Below are positions 48,211-57,068 of a DNA stretch of 64,000 nucleotides, one piece after another. The stretch comes from an uncultured beta proteobacterium (lineage in GTDB: Bacteria; Pseudomonadota; Gammaproteobacteria; Burkholderiales; Burkholderiaceae_C). Location: assembly GCA_963714755.1 (NCBI GenBank), contig CAVQPL010000001.1, positions 145,543-209,542 on the forward strand, written 5' to 3'. The notes beneath the pieces are model-generated. The model did no database searches, had not been told where the DNA came from, and saw only the letters and a list, made by a program, of their open reading frames with translations. A program made the position numbers and the translations under genes. How positions within the stretch are numbered: the stretch's first letter is position 1; every line of letters starts with the position of its first letter.

Positions 48211-48475
48211 CCCACCGATACGCTCGTAGAAGGCCATGCACCCGGTGCTCGAAGCCTTGACGGGCCAGTCGATCCGGCGGCAACCGTTCGCCCACGCGTA
48301 TTGGGCCACCCATGTCATGAGCGCCCTGCCATACCCGGCACCTCGCTGAGACGCGCGCACATTTAGCTCCTTCACCGGCATTGCCGGCGCTTGGCGACGG
48401 CAGGCTCGACCAGCGAAAAGACGAGATTGATCGGCCACCATGGCCAACCGGGTACACCCCGCATCGTTTGACGCC
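48205..48475 (-). pseudogene. GNAT acetyltransferase remnant (frameshifted, 5' end lost)
   Basis: VKELNVRASQRGAGYGRALM...GCRRIDW...AFYERIG; FSLVEPAVAKRRQC in another frame. Confidence 0.7.
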
Positions 48476-48519
48476 GATAACTCTTGCGGCAGCTTCCTGC
48501 CTGCCGCTTGTAGCGACTG

Positions 48520-48659
48520 GCGCAACGATTACGCAGATTCCATGGCGACACGGGACAAACATACGATCCCACCACAGATGCCGGATATACGACTGCAGGC
48601 GCTTGCCCAAAAGCCAGATCTATCGGTCAGTTTCTTGCGCTTGAGGGGGAGTCCATATA
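48520..48659 (+). mobile_element. Right end / non-coding region of an IS1111-type (IS110 family) element inside an attC
   Basis: GCAGATTCCAT...GCCGGATATACGACTGCA...GGGGGAGTCCATATA, abutting an attC inverse-core-like GCCTAGC-CCGTCG. Confidence 0.55.
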
Positions 48660-48666
48660 CGACGGG

Positions 48667-49083
48667 CTAGGCCGCAGTTTCACCACCCGGAGGAGAGAAT
48701 TGTTCAATGACTTGCTGTTCCGTCAGCATTGTCGTTGCATTGGCGAACGAGTAATACTCTGGCTTCCTATCGATATAGATCTGGCTGACAAGCTTCAGAT
48801 CGTCGGATTCGAAGGCTCCCGCTGGTATGAAATACTCCCCGGTTGCCAGAAACTTGTAGTACAGGTGACTGCCACACTTCTTGCAGAACGCACGCTCCGC
48901 CCACTCCGACGAAGCATACGTAGTTATCTGATCGACACCTTCAAAGGAGACGTCCTTTCCGCAGTGGACAGCTAACAACGGGCCGCCGCCCCATCGTCGA
49001 CAGAAGCCACAGTGGCAAGCACCAATTTCCTTGGCCTTCTCCGATGTAAAGGTGACCGCACCGCATAGACAATGACCGTTCAA
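48667..49083 (-). CDS. GFA/CENP-V family Zn protein (integron cassette)
   Basis: GHCLCGAV, CHCGFCRRW, RAFCKKCGS; TTG start after GGAG. Confidence 0.9.
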   Translation of the reverse strand: MNGHCLCGAVTFTSEKAKEIGACHCGFCRRWGGGPLLAVHCGKDVSFEGVDQITTYASSEWAERAFCKKCGSHLYYKFLATGEYFIPAGAFESDDLKLVSQIYIDRKPEYYSFANATTMLTEQQVIEQFSPPGGETAA

Positions 49084-49125
49084 TGGGTTGTTCTCCAGGG
49101 TAGTGACAAATGTTGCGATTCTGCA

Positions 49126-49184
49126 GCCTGACGATCGAGCCAAGCGGCCCGCCGTTGGCGCTCCGCTTGAGCGAGGGGTTGGGC
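49126..49184 (-). other. attC site (59 bp)
   Basis: Minus strand GCCCAAC...CTCAAGCGG...CCGCTTGG...GTCAGGC. Confidence 0.8.
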
Positions 49185-49222
49185 GGCACTTCGCGCATGT
49201 TCAAAAACCGGCGCCGCTCGAT

Positions 49223-50005
49223 TCACGCTTTCGTGGCCAGAAATGCATAGCGATTCAGACTAAAAAAGTAGTCCCCTTGTTCCCCGGCGTTCCTGATGTC
49301 CTCGGCCCACTTGCTTCCTTCAGCAAGCGAAACATCGGCGTGAACAGTCACAAACGACACAATCAGTTCAATCATTTGATTGCTGCAGGATTGCTGACAA
49401 AACTCTGAATTGAATAGCGGAAGGACTTGCTGCGAGTCGACCCGAAACCCCGCTCGGCGAAGCTGGCCAGCAAGGGTTCTGGGTAGACGTGGGTGTGGCG
49501 CATGCGACTCCCAAGCGAGTAGTACCCTGTTCATTCCGCCTGGATCGAGCGAGTGCCAGACGATCGAGTCCCAGTCTGTATCGACGATGACCACGCGGCC
49601 TCCAGGACGGACGACACGGAACATCTCGGCAATTGCGACATCGACATCGGGAACGTACTCCAAGACCTGCGTCGAGATGACAGCGTCGAAGAAGGCGCTC
49701 GGGAGAGGAAGTTGTTTGGCGTCAGCATGGCGGATTTCAACCCATGACTGATGCCTGCAGTGAGCGCGCGCCACTGCATTGAGCGGCTCGCTGATTTCGA
49801 CACCACAGACCGCCCCTTCTGACTCAACGGCGATGGCGATAGCTGACGCAAGGAAGCCTGGGCCTGAACCGACGTCTAGTATCCGTTCGCCGACTTGTGG
49901 CGCCAGCAAGCGGACGAATTCCTTTCGCTGGGCGACGACATCGGGCGTCGTGTATACAGCGAGGAGTCGCCTCGTTGCTCTCTCATCGTATTCGAGCGTC
50001 GTCAT
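49223..50005 (-). CDS. Class I SAM methyltransferase (integron cassette)
   Basis: ILDVGSGPG, FDAVISTQVLEYVPD, RPGGRVVIVDTDWD. Confidence 0.9.
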   Translation of the reverse strand: MTTLEYDERATRRLLAVYTTPDVVAQRKEFVRLLAPQVGERILDVGSGPGFLASAIAIAVESEGAVCGVEISEPLNAVARAHCRHQSWVEIRHADAKQLPLPSAFFDAVISTQVLEYVPDVDVAIAEMFRVVRPGGRVVIVDTDWDSIVWHSLDPGGMNRVLLAWESHAPHPRLPRTLAGQLRRAGFRVDSQQVLPLFNSEFCQQSCSNQMIELIVSFVTVHADVSLAEGSKWAEDIRNAGEQGDYFFSLNRYAFLATKA

Positions 50006-50061
50006 GGCTTTGATCTCTCGCGCTTGACCTGCGGGACACGGCGCGTGTAAGGGCTGGTGCC

Positions 50062-50125
50062 GCCCAACGCCGGAGTCAAGCCGCAACGCGCTTGCGCGTT
50101 GTCGTGCTTGGATGACCAGTTAAAT
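50062..50125 (-). other. attC site (64 bp)
   Basis: Minus strand ATTTAAC...CAAGC...CAACGCGC-AA-GCGCGTTG...GCTTG...GTTGGGC. Confidence 0.82.
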
Positions 50126-50375
50126 TTCGCCTCACTTCCTTGCGCAGGGCGTCATTGATTCGCGATTGATAGCCTTCACCTTGCGACTTGAAATACTCAA
50201 GCACGTCCGCGTCCAAACGTATGGAAGTCAGCACCTTGGTTGGCGAAGCCTGTGGTCCCCGACCTCGCCGAATCACCGGAGAACCAAGCATGTCCTCCGT
50301 CCACGCAGGATTGTCCGGATCGGCAACCTTAGCCGAGGTTTTCTTTGGCAACTTGGCGGTAGTAGCGAGCTTCAT
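50076..50375 (-). CDS. brnA: BrnA antitoxin
   Basis: DNPAWT...RRGRGP...SIRLDADVLEYFKSQGEGYQSRINDALR. Confidence 0.92.
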   Translation of the reverse strand: MKLATTAKLPKKTSAKVADPDNPAWTEDMLGSPVIRRGRGPQASPTKVLTSIRLDADVLEYFKSQGEGYQSRINDALRKEVRRNLTGHPSTTTRKRVAA

Positions 50376-50610
50376 GCTTTTCTGCCTTTCGCAGCGAGAT
50401 GACGTGCGGCCCTTTTGGGCGCTCCGTATAGACCAATACAACCACTTCACCCTCCAACCGGCCGAAACAGACTTGGCGAGCTTCGCCATAGTCTTGCCGC
50501 CGATCCTCGCGGGTGACAGTGAAATCGTCCCATATTGCATCGCAGTCGATGAAGTCCAGCCCGTGGTTCTTGATGTTCTGCTTGCGCTTGGCTTCGTCCC
50601 ATGTGAGCAT
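50329..50610 (-). CDS. brnT: BrnT toxin
   Basis: TWDEAKRKQNIKNHGLDF...DYGEAR...VYTER...ISLRKA. Confidence 0.93.
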   Translation of the reverse strand: MLTWDEAKRKQNIKNHGLDFIDCDAIWDDFTVTREDRRQDYGEARQVCFGRLEGEVVVLVYTERPKGPHVISLRKAEKHEARYYRQVAKENLG

Positions 50611-50649
50611 ATTAAATTGTATTTACAAAATAGTAGAAGGGCAACCGAA

Positions 50650-50707
50650 ATCTAACGAGCTAACCGGCACGCGCCGGCAGGACGACACCGGGCCAGAATG
50701 AAATGAT
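50650..50707 (-). other. Truncated attC (right half)
   Basis: ...GCCGGTTAGCTC-GTTAGAT core site upstream of brnT; left half replaced by the IS91 fragment. Confidence 0.55.
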
Positions 50708-51445
50708 GCCAGCTGGGCACGGCTGCTCAAGCGCGTGTTTGGCATCGACATGCAGCGCTGCCCGAACTGCGGCGCCGGGGAGCTCAAGATCATCGCCGCC
50801 ATCCTGGAGCGGGCGGTGATCCAGAAGATCCTTGCTCACCTGGGGCTGGATGCGCAGCCGCCGCCCAAAGGCAGGGCGCGCGAGCCGGGGCTGAACTTCG
50901 CTGCCTGAGTCGCTTGCGCTGTCGGATACCTATCGCCACGGGCTGCGGCTACCCTGCCGCCGCCGGTGGCGCTGCGCGCTGTGTCGGCAAGCCCTGGCCA
51001 ACATCAGGGTCAACCCTGAGGCCGGGCCAATCCTGCGAGCCGTGAACGTTCAACCTAGAAACGGCAGTTGACCGCTTGCGTCTCGCTGGCAGCCCGCAGG
51101 CACACTGAACAACGAGGCCACGATGTGGTTCACCAGTATGGTGACAGCGCTACGCACCCGAGCGCACCCCGCTGAACGCGCCATGCGGCGTTGTTCGTCC
51201 TTGCGCACAGAAGTGCGCGGCGTCCTCTCGCCTTGCCTGGCACGCCCATCGGAGTACGCTCGGGCGCGTTCAACTGCCGTTTCTAGGTTCAAAGACCTGT
51301 CAACTCGCCAGCTCCGAGCCTGCAGACGCCCAGATTGCGTGCTGAATCCGCCCAGACTTGCGTACTTCGACTCTTTGCGGGCTGGGCTGGGAGCTTTTTC
51401 AGGCCCTTTCTTGGGGCGTCCTATGGCGTTTGAAAATCCTTCCCC
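50708..51445 (+). mobile_element. IS91/ISCR-like remnant: transposase C-terminus (50708-50908) and oriIS-like end
   Basis: SWARLLKRVFGIDMQRCPNCGAGELKIIAAI...IQKILAHLGL; GCGTTTGAAAATCCT at 51426-51440 resembles ISCR oriIS. Confidence 0.8.
51054..51287. mobile_element. 234-bp MITE
   Basis: Perfect 18-bp TIRs CCTAGAAACGGCAGTTGA; TTCAA direct repeat on both flanks. Confidence 0.85.
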
Positions 51446-51756
51446 AGAGCGCAGCGAACCTGCGCACCCAGGCGCAACGCCTGGTCGCCGCTCAGCAGTT
51501 CGTCGGCAGCCAAGCGCTTGAGCAGCGCCTGCCGCGCCTGCACCGCATCGGAGTCGGGCCACAGCAAGGTCGCTAGCCGCTGGCGCGAGACCCCAGGCTC
51601 GATGGCCACCAGCGCCAAAAGCGCCGCCGCGCGCCGCTCCAGCGGGTGCACCTTGCCCGTCGGCGCAGTCAGCGCCGGGTCGTCGAGCAGGCGCAGCGAC
51701 CACGCCGCACCCGCCGCGCGACCGTCGTCGATCTTCAATGGACTGTCATGGCGCAT
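51446..51756 (-). pseudogene. N-terminal wHTH of a SARP/BTAD-type regulator, truncated at the IS91 end
   Basis: LERRAAALLALVA...SRQRLATLLWPDSD...ARQAL. Confidence 0.75.
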
Positions 51757-51790
51757 CAGCAATTGGGCGATCCATCCACTCGCGAGAGGT

Positions 51791-51820
51791 TTTATACATC
51801 GAGCCGTGACGCAAGCGTGA
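51791..51820 (-). promoter_or_regulatory. TCACG-N6-TCACG direct repeat 8 nt upstream of a TATAAA -10
   Basis: Minus strand TCACGCTTGCGTCACG-GCTCGATG-TATAAA. Confidence 0.55.
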
Positions 51821-51855
51821 TCCGGTGGGCGCCCCCCGCGGGACGCTCGAATGCG

Positions 51856-53106
51856 CTACTTCAGCAGCGCAGCCGCGCGCTTCCAGTCGGTCTGCTCGGT
51901 CACGGCAATGGCCACGCGCATCGTGATCTCCTGCTTCATCGGCTCGGTGACTTCGTCGCGCGTGAAGCCGCGCATGGCCAGCAGTTGCAGGGTGCCGGCC
52001 GGCAGCTTCGGATCGAAGTAGCTCGGATTGAATGCCATCAAGGGCACGGCGCCTGGCGTGCCGGCGCTCACCAACACGCGCATCAAGGGTTGCATCACCG
52101 CGTTGTCGGGATCGTTCTTCACATGGGCCGGCGAAGCGCGCTGGGCCGCGGTCAGCGCAGCGAACTGCGCTTCGAGTGCAGCCAGCGTCGCGCCGGCGGC
52201 CTGCACGATCGGCGAGCTTGCGATGCTCTGCCCGGCGAGGGCTCGGATCTGCCGTTCCTGCTCCTGGTCGTCGGCCTCGGCCTTGCGCCGCACCACGTCG
52301 CGCCGCGCCGGGCTTTTCTCGCGCGCCACGGCCTCGTCGATCGCCTGCCGACGCAGGTTCTTCATCTCCGCCGAGTTGAAATGCGCCAGCATCTCATTCG
52401 TGGCATCACTGGTCTTGCCGACCTCGCCGATCTGCCCGCGCAGCCAGGCCATCGCCGCCTTGTAGGCACGCTCCTGGCTGACCGGCACGAAGACGGGTGG
52501 CTTGTTCGCTGGCGTCACGAACAAGTAGCCGCCGAGCACCGGATAGCCGGCAATATGGCGCTTGGGTGGCGGCAGCATGAAGAACCGTGTGGGCCCCTCT
52601 CCGGTCCAGGGCAGGGTCTCCAGGCCCTCGCCGTAGCCTGCGGAGGTCGGCGGGAACCAGTTGAAGAACAGCGCCAGCCCGCCAGGGCGGTTACCGACGT
52701 TACCTGGCTTGACCCGATAGGCCGTGTCAGGCCCCTTGGCCTGCGGGTTGGGCTCGACGGCGCGCGGCCACCAGGGGTTGAGCGTGAGACGTCCGGAAGG
52801 CACCGGCCGCGCGCTCGCGTCCACGCCGAAATAGATCTGCGGGTAGAAGCCGCCGAGGTCGCGCAGCGCCGGGCTCTCGCGGATCACCTGGGCGAGCGCA
52901 CGCAGCGACGGCTCGAAGACCCGTTGCGCGGGCTTGGGCGGGCCGTTGAACGAGCTCAACCACAGATCGTTCCAGCCGACCCACGCACCTTGAGGCGCCC
53001 CCGGCTCGGCGGGTGATCCGGAGATCAACGGCCGGTCGTCGGCCAGCACCGGCAGGCACAGGCAGGCGATGACCAGCCCCGCGAGGCAGCGCTTCGTTGC
53101 CCTCAT
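51856..53106 (-). CDS. Secreted hypothetical protein
   Basis: Signal peptide MRATKRCLAGLVIACLCLPVLA; FNPSYFDPKLP near the C-terminus; ATGA overlap. Confidence 0.8.
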   Translation of the reverse strand: MRATKRCLAGLVIACLCLPVLADDRPLISGSPAEPGAPQGAWVGWNDLWLSSFNGPPKPAQRVFEPSLRALAQVIRESPALRDLGGFYPQIYFGVDASARPVPSGRLTLNPWWPRAVEPNPQAKGPDTAYRVKPGNVGNRPGGLALFFNWFPPTSAGYGEGLETLPWTGEGPTRFFMLPPPKRHIAGYPVLGGYLFVTPANKPPVFVPVSQERAYKAAMAWLRGQIGEVGKTSDATNEMLAHFNSAEMKNLRRQAIDEAVAREKSPARRDVVRRKAEADDQEQERQIRALAGQSIASSPIVQAAGATLAALEAQFAALTAAQRASPAHVKNDPDNAVMQPLMRVLVSAGTPGAVPLMAFNPSYFDPKLPAGTLQLLAMRGFTRDEVTEPMKQEITMRVAIAVTEQTDWKRAAALLK

Positions 53107-54104
53107 TCGACCGCCTTGAAGGACCAGCCTTCCTGGATGTGATTGAGGTTCGCGTCGCACTTGGCGCTGCGAACCTGATTGAGCTGCAGGGGGTCGACAC
53201 TGCGGGGCATCGTGTCGCTCCGGCTGCACAGGTCACCGGAATGGATGCCTTCGCCGCTCGGCGAGATGCCGTCCTCGTCCCACTTGAGTTTCTTGTCCAG
53301 ATCCGGGCGCTGGCACTTGCGCTGCCGGGTCTCGTCGCTGTTCAGGCTGAGCCGGAACTCGTACTGGCCGTTCGCGTACACCTTGAGCTGGCCCTCGACC
53401 GGCACGTTGGTGAACGAGACAGGCGCACCGCAGCCCTTGCGCGTATTGGTGAACGCGGCCTTGCCCACGCCCACGTATTCGCGCGACTTGCTGTCTTCGT
53501 CCACCTCGTCGAGCGTCCACCGCATCGTGCCCGCAATGGACGTTTTGAAGTCCTCCCGGACCTGAACGCTCTGCTGGCTGAACGTGCCCTCGTAGACCTT
53601 CACCGCTTCCAGGATCGTGATGCGCGCCTGCAGGATCGTCTTGTTTCGACCTGCCGAGTACGTGATCGTTGCCGCCACCGTGGCCTTGTTGGGCCTGGGC
53701 TTGCCGGCCGGCGCATGGTAGGTGGCGCCCTTGAGGTCGCCACTGACTCGGCCAGGCCCGTCGATCACCTGCCACTTCACGTCCTTTTGCACGATGAATC
53801 TTCCAAGCGTATCGCCGGAGCGTTCTTCACCGTCGCACTCCAGGCGGTCGGATGGCAGGGGCGCCAACGGATCCTCGAACCGTTCGGTCCCAGTCGCGCC
53901 GCGCGTCGAACCCTTGAGTGTTTCGCCGGCCTTGCCGACGATGACCCGCAGGCAATGAACCAGTTCGAGCTTGACGCTGCCTCCTGGCTTGGTGACGGCC
54001 GAAAGCGGTCTCAGATGCAGGCCGTCCGCCATGGGTTGTGCAGCCAACGGCGCGGCAGCGAACACGATGCCAAGGGCAAGAATGCTTCGGAGGATGAGTT
54101 TCAC
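53103..54104 (-). CDS. Secreted hypothetical protein (Ig-like segment)
   Basis: GTG start, signal peptide ending APLAA; VKWQV...ATYHAP...ATVAAT; 6 Cys. Confidence 0.8.
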   Translation of the reverse strand: MKLILRSILALGIVFAAAPLAAQPMADGLHLRPLSAVTKPGGSVKLELVHCLRVIVGKAGETLKGSTRGATGTERFEDPLAPLPSDRLECDGEERSGDTLGRFIVQKDVKWQVIDGPGRVSGDLKGATYHAPAGKPRPNKATVAATITYSAGRNKTILQARITILEAVKVYEGTFSQQSVQVREDFKTSIAGTMRWTLDEVDEDSKSREYVGVGKAAFTNTRKGCGAPVSFTNVPVEGQLKVYANGQYEFRLSLNSDETRQRKCQRPDLDKKLKWDEDGISPSGEGIHSGDLCSRSDTMPRSVDPLQLNQVRSAKCDANLNHIQEGWSFKAVE

Positions 54105-54130
54105 GTGGAGTCCTTCATGACGTTCGACCG

Positions 54131-55396
54131 TCAGTCGCGCGCCAAGACGCGCCCATTGATCACCAGCCGCTGCGGCCGCGGGCCCGATTCGCCTGCCGGC
54201 ACATAGGCGTTGACCTGCCAGACGCGGCCGTCGTTGCTGCGCAGCGTCAGCGTGAACTGGTCGAATGAATAGCTGCCGCTGCTGGCCGCCATCGCGCGGC
54301 CGAACTGCGCATCACTCCATCGCCCGAGCATGGCATTTCCGTCGGGCACGATCAGGTTCGCGGCTGAGCCCACCATGCGCAGGAAGTCGCCCTGGTCGAC
54401 GTAGCTGCCGTCGGAGCGCAGCGTGAGCCGCGGCGCTGCGGCGTCACGGTAGTCAGCGCGCGCGAAGCTCGCGTCCAGGCGCGTGCCACTGTGCGGCGCC
54501 AGCTTGGCCCAGGGCCGGCCGCGGTCGGACCGCAGGCCCTGACCGTCGATCGTGTAGGTGGCCGAGTAGCCACCGCGCTGGATCTGGATCTGGTTTCCTT
54601 GGCGCTGCCAGCGGCCCCACAGATCTGGTTGCTGTTGACGATCCCAGGCCAGGTCGGATAACAGCCCGCGCTGCGGCAGGCGCCGACGCAAGCTACCGTC
54701 CGGGAAGAGCACATCGACCTCCATCGCGTCGCCGATCTGCGAGGCGACCTGATGGCCCATGCCGGCCCCGGCGCTGACGCCGCGGTCCACACCGACGTAG
54801 ACGCCCGACACCCCTTGGCCAAAGCCCGGCGGCAAGCCGGCCGCGGACACCGCGGTACCTGGAGTCGATGCGGCCGCGACAGCCTTTGGCTGGCCAATGT
54901 CCTGTACGCTCTCGATCGCGGTCGTGATCGCTGCCTTGTAGCGGTTGTAGGTGGTGTCGCTGTCGGCCAGTGCCCAAAGGCGTACGCGCTGGCCGCCCTT
55001 GAGTGCCACGATGGTGTGGCCGATCAGTCGCGCGCCGTTGAGTGTGGCCACGCCGACGCCCTGCCGGTAGGACCAGCCGCCCGCCGCCTTTTCGCTCGGA
55101 TCGCTGATCGGCTGCCACGGCCCGAGGTCGCGCAGTGCGGCGTCGTAGGCCGCCTGCAGCGACTCCTTCGAGGCCTTGAGCGGCTCGACCATCAGCAGCA
55201 ATGAGCGGCCCTCCCCCAGGTCGTCGGGTATGACCGAGACGACGCCGCCCTCGACATGGCGCGCCCAGGCGGCAGGCACGTCGAGCCAGGGGGTCAGGCG
55301 CTGGGCGTCGCTGGCGAGCGCCACCGATGACGCAAGCCCGATTGCCAGGCCCAACCCGACGCGAATGGCATCGAAGAAAGAACGCAGAGAGCTCAT
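54131..55396 (-). CDS. Secreted hypothetical protein
   Basis: Signal peptide ending VALA; beta-rich C-terminal half. Confidence 0.8.
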   Translation of the reverse strand: MSSLRSFFDAIRVGLGLAIGLASSVALASDAQRLTPWLDVPAAWARHVEGGVVSVIPDDLGEGRSLLLMVEPLKASKESLQAAYDAALRDLGPWQPISDPSEKAAGGWSYRQGVGVATLNGARLIGHTIVALKGGQRVRLWALADSDTTYNRYKAAITTAIESVQDIGQPKAVAAASTPGTAVSAAGLPPGFGQGVSGVYVGVDRGVSAGAGMGHQVASQIGDAMEVDVLFPDGSLRRRLPQRGLLSDLAWDRQQQPDLWGRWQRQGNQIQIQRGGYSATYTIDGQGLRSDRGRPWAKLAPHSGTRLDASFARADYRDAAAPRLTLRSDGSYVDQGDFLRMVGSAANLIVPDGNAMLGRWSDAQFGRAMAASSGSYSFDQFTLTLRSNDGRVWQVNAYVPAGESGPRPQRLVINGRVLARD

Positions 55397-55416
55397 GTGA
55401 TTGGCCCTCCTGCCGC

Positions 55417-55881
55417 TCAACGCGGCGGCCTGACAGACAGTGTCTGGCTCGGCACCTCGCCCGATACCCTGGCGACCAGCGCCGACCCCGGCGCGGTCAT
55501 GCAGTTTGGCTGGCCCTGGCAGCTATGGGGATAGACAGCCGTGTTCCCAACGGTGACCGTCAGCTCGCAATCCCATTGCGTTGCAGGCCCTGGTGTGCCT
55601 TGCTCGTAGCAGTACCCCACGTCGACGACCGCCTGCGCCTTGCTCGGACTGCCAGTTGATGGATCAATCGGAATGGGTGGGGACATCCACCCAGCCCCCA
55701 GTTGGCGGCGGTTCGCGTCCCGCACGATGCACGTCACGTTAATCGACTTGTGCAGGCTGGGATCGAGTTTGCTGACATTCAGCGGCACGGTGAACTTTGC
55801 CCACGCGCACTCTCTGCCATGGGCCGCCCACGGCGACAGCGCGCACAAAACAAGAAAGAGGACCTTCACTATCGACTTCAT
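55417..55881 (-). CDS. Small secreted Cys-rich hypothetical protein
   Basis: MKSIVKVLFLVLCALSPWAAHG; GGAGG RBS; 6 Cys in the mature part. Confidence 0.75.
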   Translation of the reverse strand: MKSIVKVLFLVLCALSPWAAHGRECAWAKFTVPLNVSKLDPSLHKSINVTCIVRDANRRQLGAGWMSPPIPIDPSTGSPSKAQAVVDVGYCYEQGTPGPATQWDCELTVTVGNTAVYPHSCQGQPNCMTAPGSALVARVSGEVPSQTLSVRPPR

Positions 55882-55924
55882 CGCTTCACCTCCGGTTCAT
55901 CAATTCAACTGCTGACCTTGCGCT

Positions 55925-57037
55925 TCAACGCGGTGGCCTCACGGCGGGCGCTGGAGCCAATTCTCTCAAGCGTGTCTTCGCACCGGGGTTCAGCTCGAGC
56001 ACTCCGGTCATCTGTATGGTTGGCGTCGTCACCGCAAACGGCACGGGAGCAGCATCACCTGCCGCGCGCGTATCACGCGATGCCTGCCAGGTGCCCGTCA
56101 TCTGAATTGCTGGTGTCGTCAGTGCGAACGGCGCGGGAGTGCCATCGCCTTGCGCACCCCCATTGCGTGATGCGAGCCAGGTGCCCGTCATCTGGATCGC
56201 CGGCGTCGTCACCGCAAACGCGTCTGGACCCACATGGAGGCGGGTATGCGAGCCACGCTGCTCAACGAAAGTCCCGGTCATCTGAATCGGAGGCGTCGTC
56301 ACGCTCCACGGACGAGGCTTTGCGTCGGCCACTTGCGATTCAGCCACCGCCGCTGCCTTTGTCGCCACGGTGAAGCGACCCGCCAGCAGCGGCTGCAACT
56401 GCCCCGGCATGAAGACCAGCACACGCACCACGGCGCCCATCGTGCCGCCGGCGCCGTTGGGCATCTCGATCTCGATCTGATCGTCGCCCAAGCGCTGGCG
56501 CAGCGTCGCGTTCGTCGATCCCGCGGGCGGCTGCGCATCGTCGTCATTCGGGTACCAGATCACGCGGGTCTGCTCGGCCTTGCCGAAGCCCGGCCCCTTG
56601 ACGATGACGCGGCTGTGCCATGGCCCGGCGCCGGGCGTCAGCGTGCCGACGACCTGGCTCGGGGGTCGTGCGTCACGCACCGGCTTGCCTTCGAGTCCGG
56701 CCGCGCGGGGGCCCGCCACCCTGGTGCAGCGGTACTGCGCGTCGATCCAGGTCTCTGCGCCCTGCTGGTGGCGCTTTTCCTGGACTTTCTCGGCCGGCTC
56801 GCAGCCTGCCGGGCAGGGGTTGGTCTTGGGGTCGATGGGCTTGAACCAGCCGGTCCAGAAGGTGCCGCAGTTGACGGCGGGTGGCGGCCTCAGGGCAGCG
56901 CCCGGCGCGGGCGCCGGCTGAACCACCGGCGGCGGGGGCATCCGTACGCCAGGTGCCTGGGCCGCGGCGGCCAGGCAGAGCGTCAGCCCCAGCGCGCCCG
57001 CAATGGGATGGGTGGCGTGACCAACAAGGATCTTCAT
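55925..57037 (-). CDS. Secreted protein with 4-Cys module, IPT-like domain and four TTPxIQMTG repeats
   Basis: Signal peptide ending AAQA; repeats encoded at ~56000-56310. Confidence 0.8.
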   Translation of the reverse strand: MKILVGHATHPIAGALGLTLCLAAAAQAPGVRMPPPPVVQPAPAPGAALRPPPAVNCGTFWTGWFKPIDPKTNPCPAGCEPAEKVQEKRHQQGAETWIDAQYRCTRVAGPRAAGLEGKPVRDARPPSQVVGTLTPGAGPWHSRVIVKGPGFGKAEQTRVIWYPNDDDAQPPAGSTNATLRQRLGDDQIEIEMPNGAGGTMGAVVRVLVFMPGQLQPLLAGRFTVATKAAAVAESQVADAKPRPWSVTTPPIQMTGTFVEQRGSHTRLHVGPDAFAVTTPAIQMTGTWLASRNGGAQGDGTPAPFALTTPAIQMTGTWQASRDTRAAGDAAPVPFAVTTPTIQMTGVLELNPGAKTRLRELAPAPAVRPPR

Positions 57038-57068
57038 CGCGCGACGCGTTTGTGCAAGCGCGCCGCGC

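Noticed and set aside
48000-51500. Complete integron (intI/attI)
   Set aside because: No tyrosine recombinase ORF is visible in the window.
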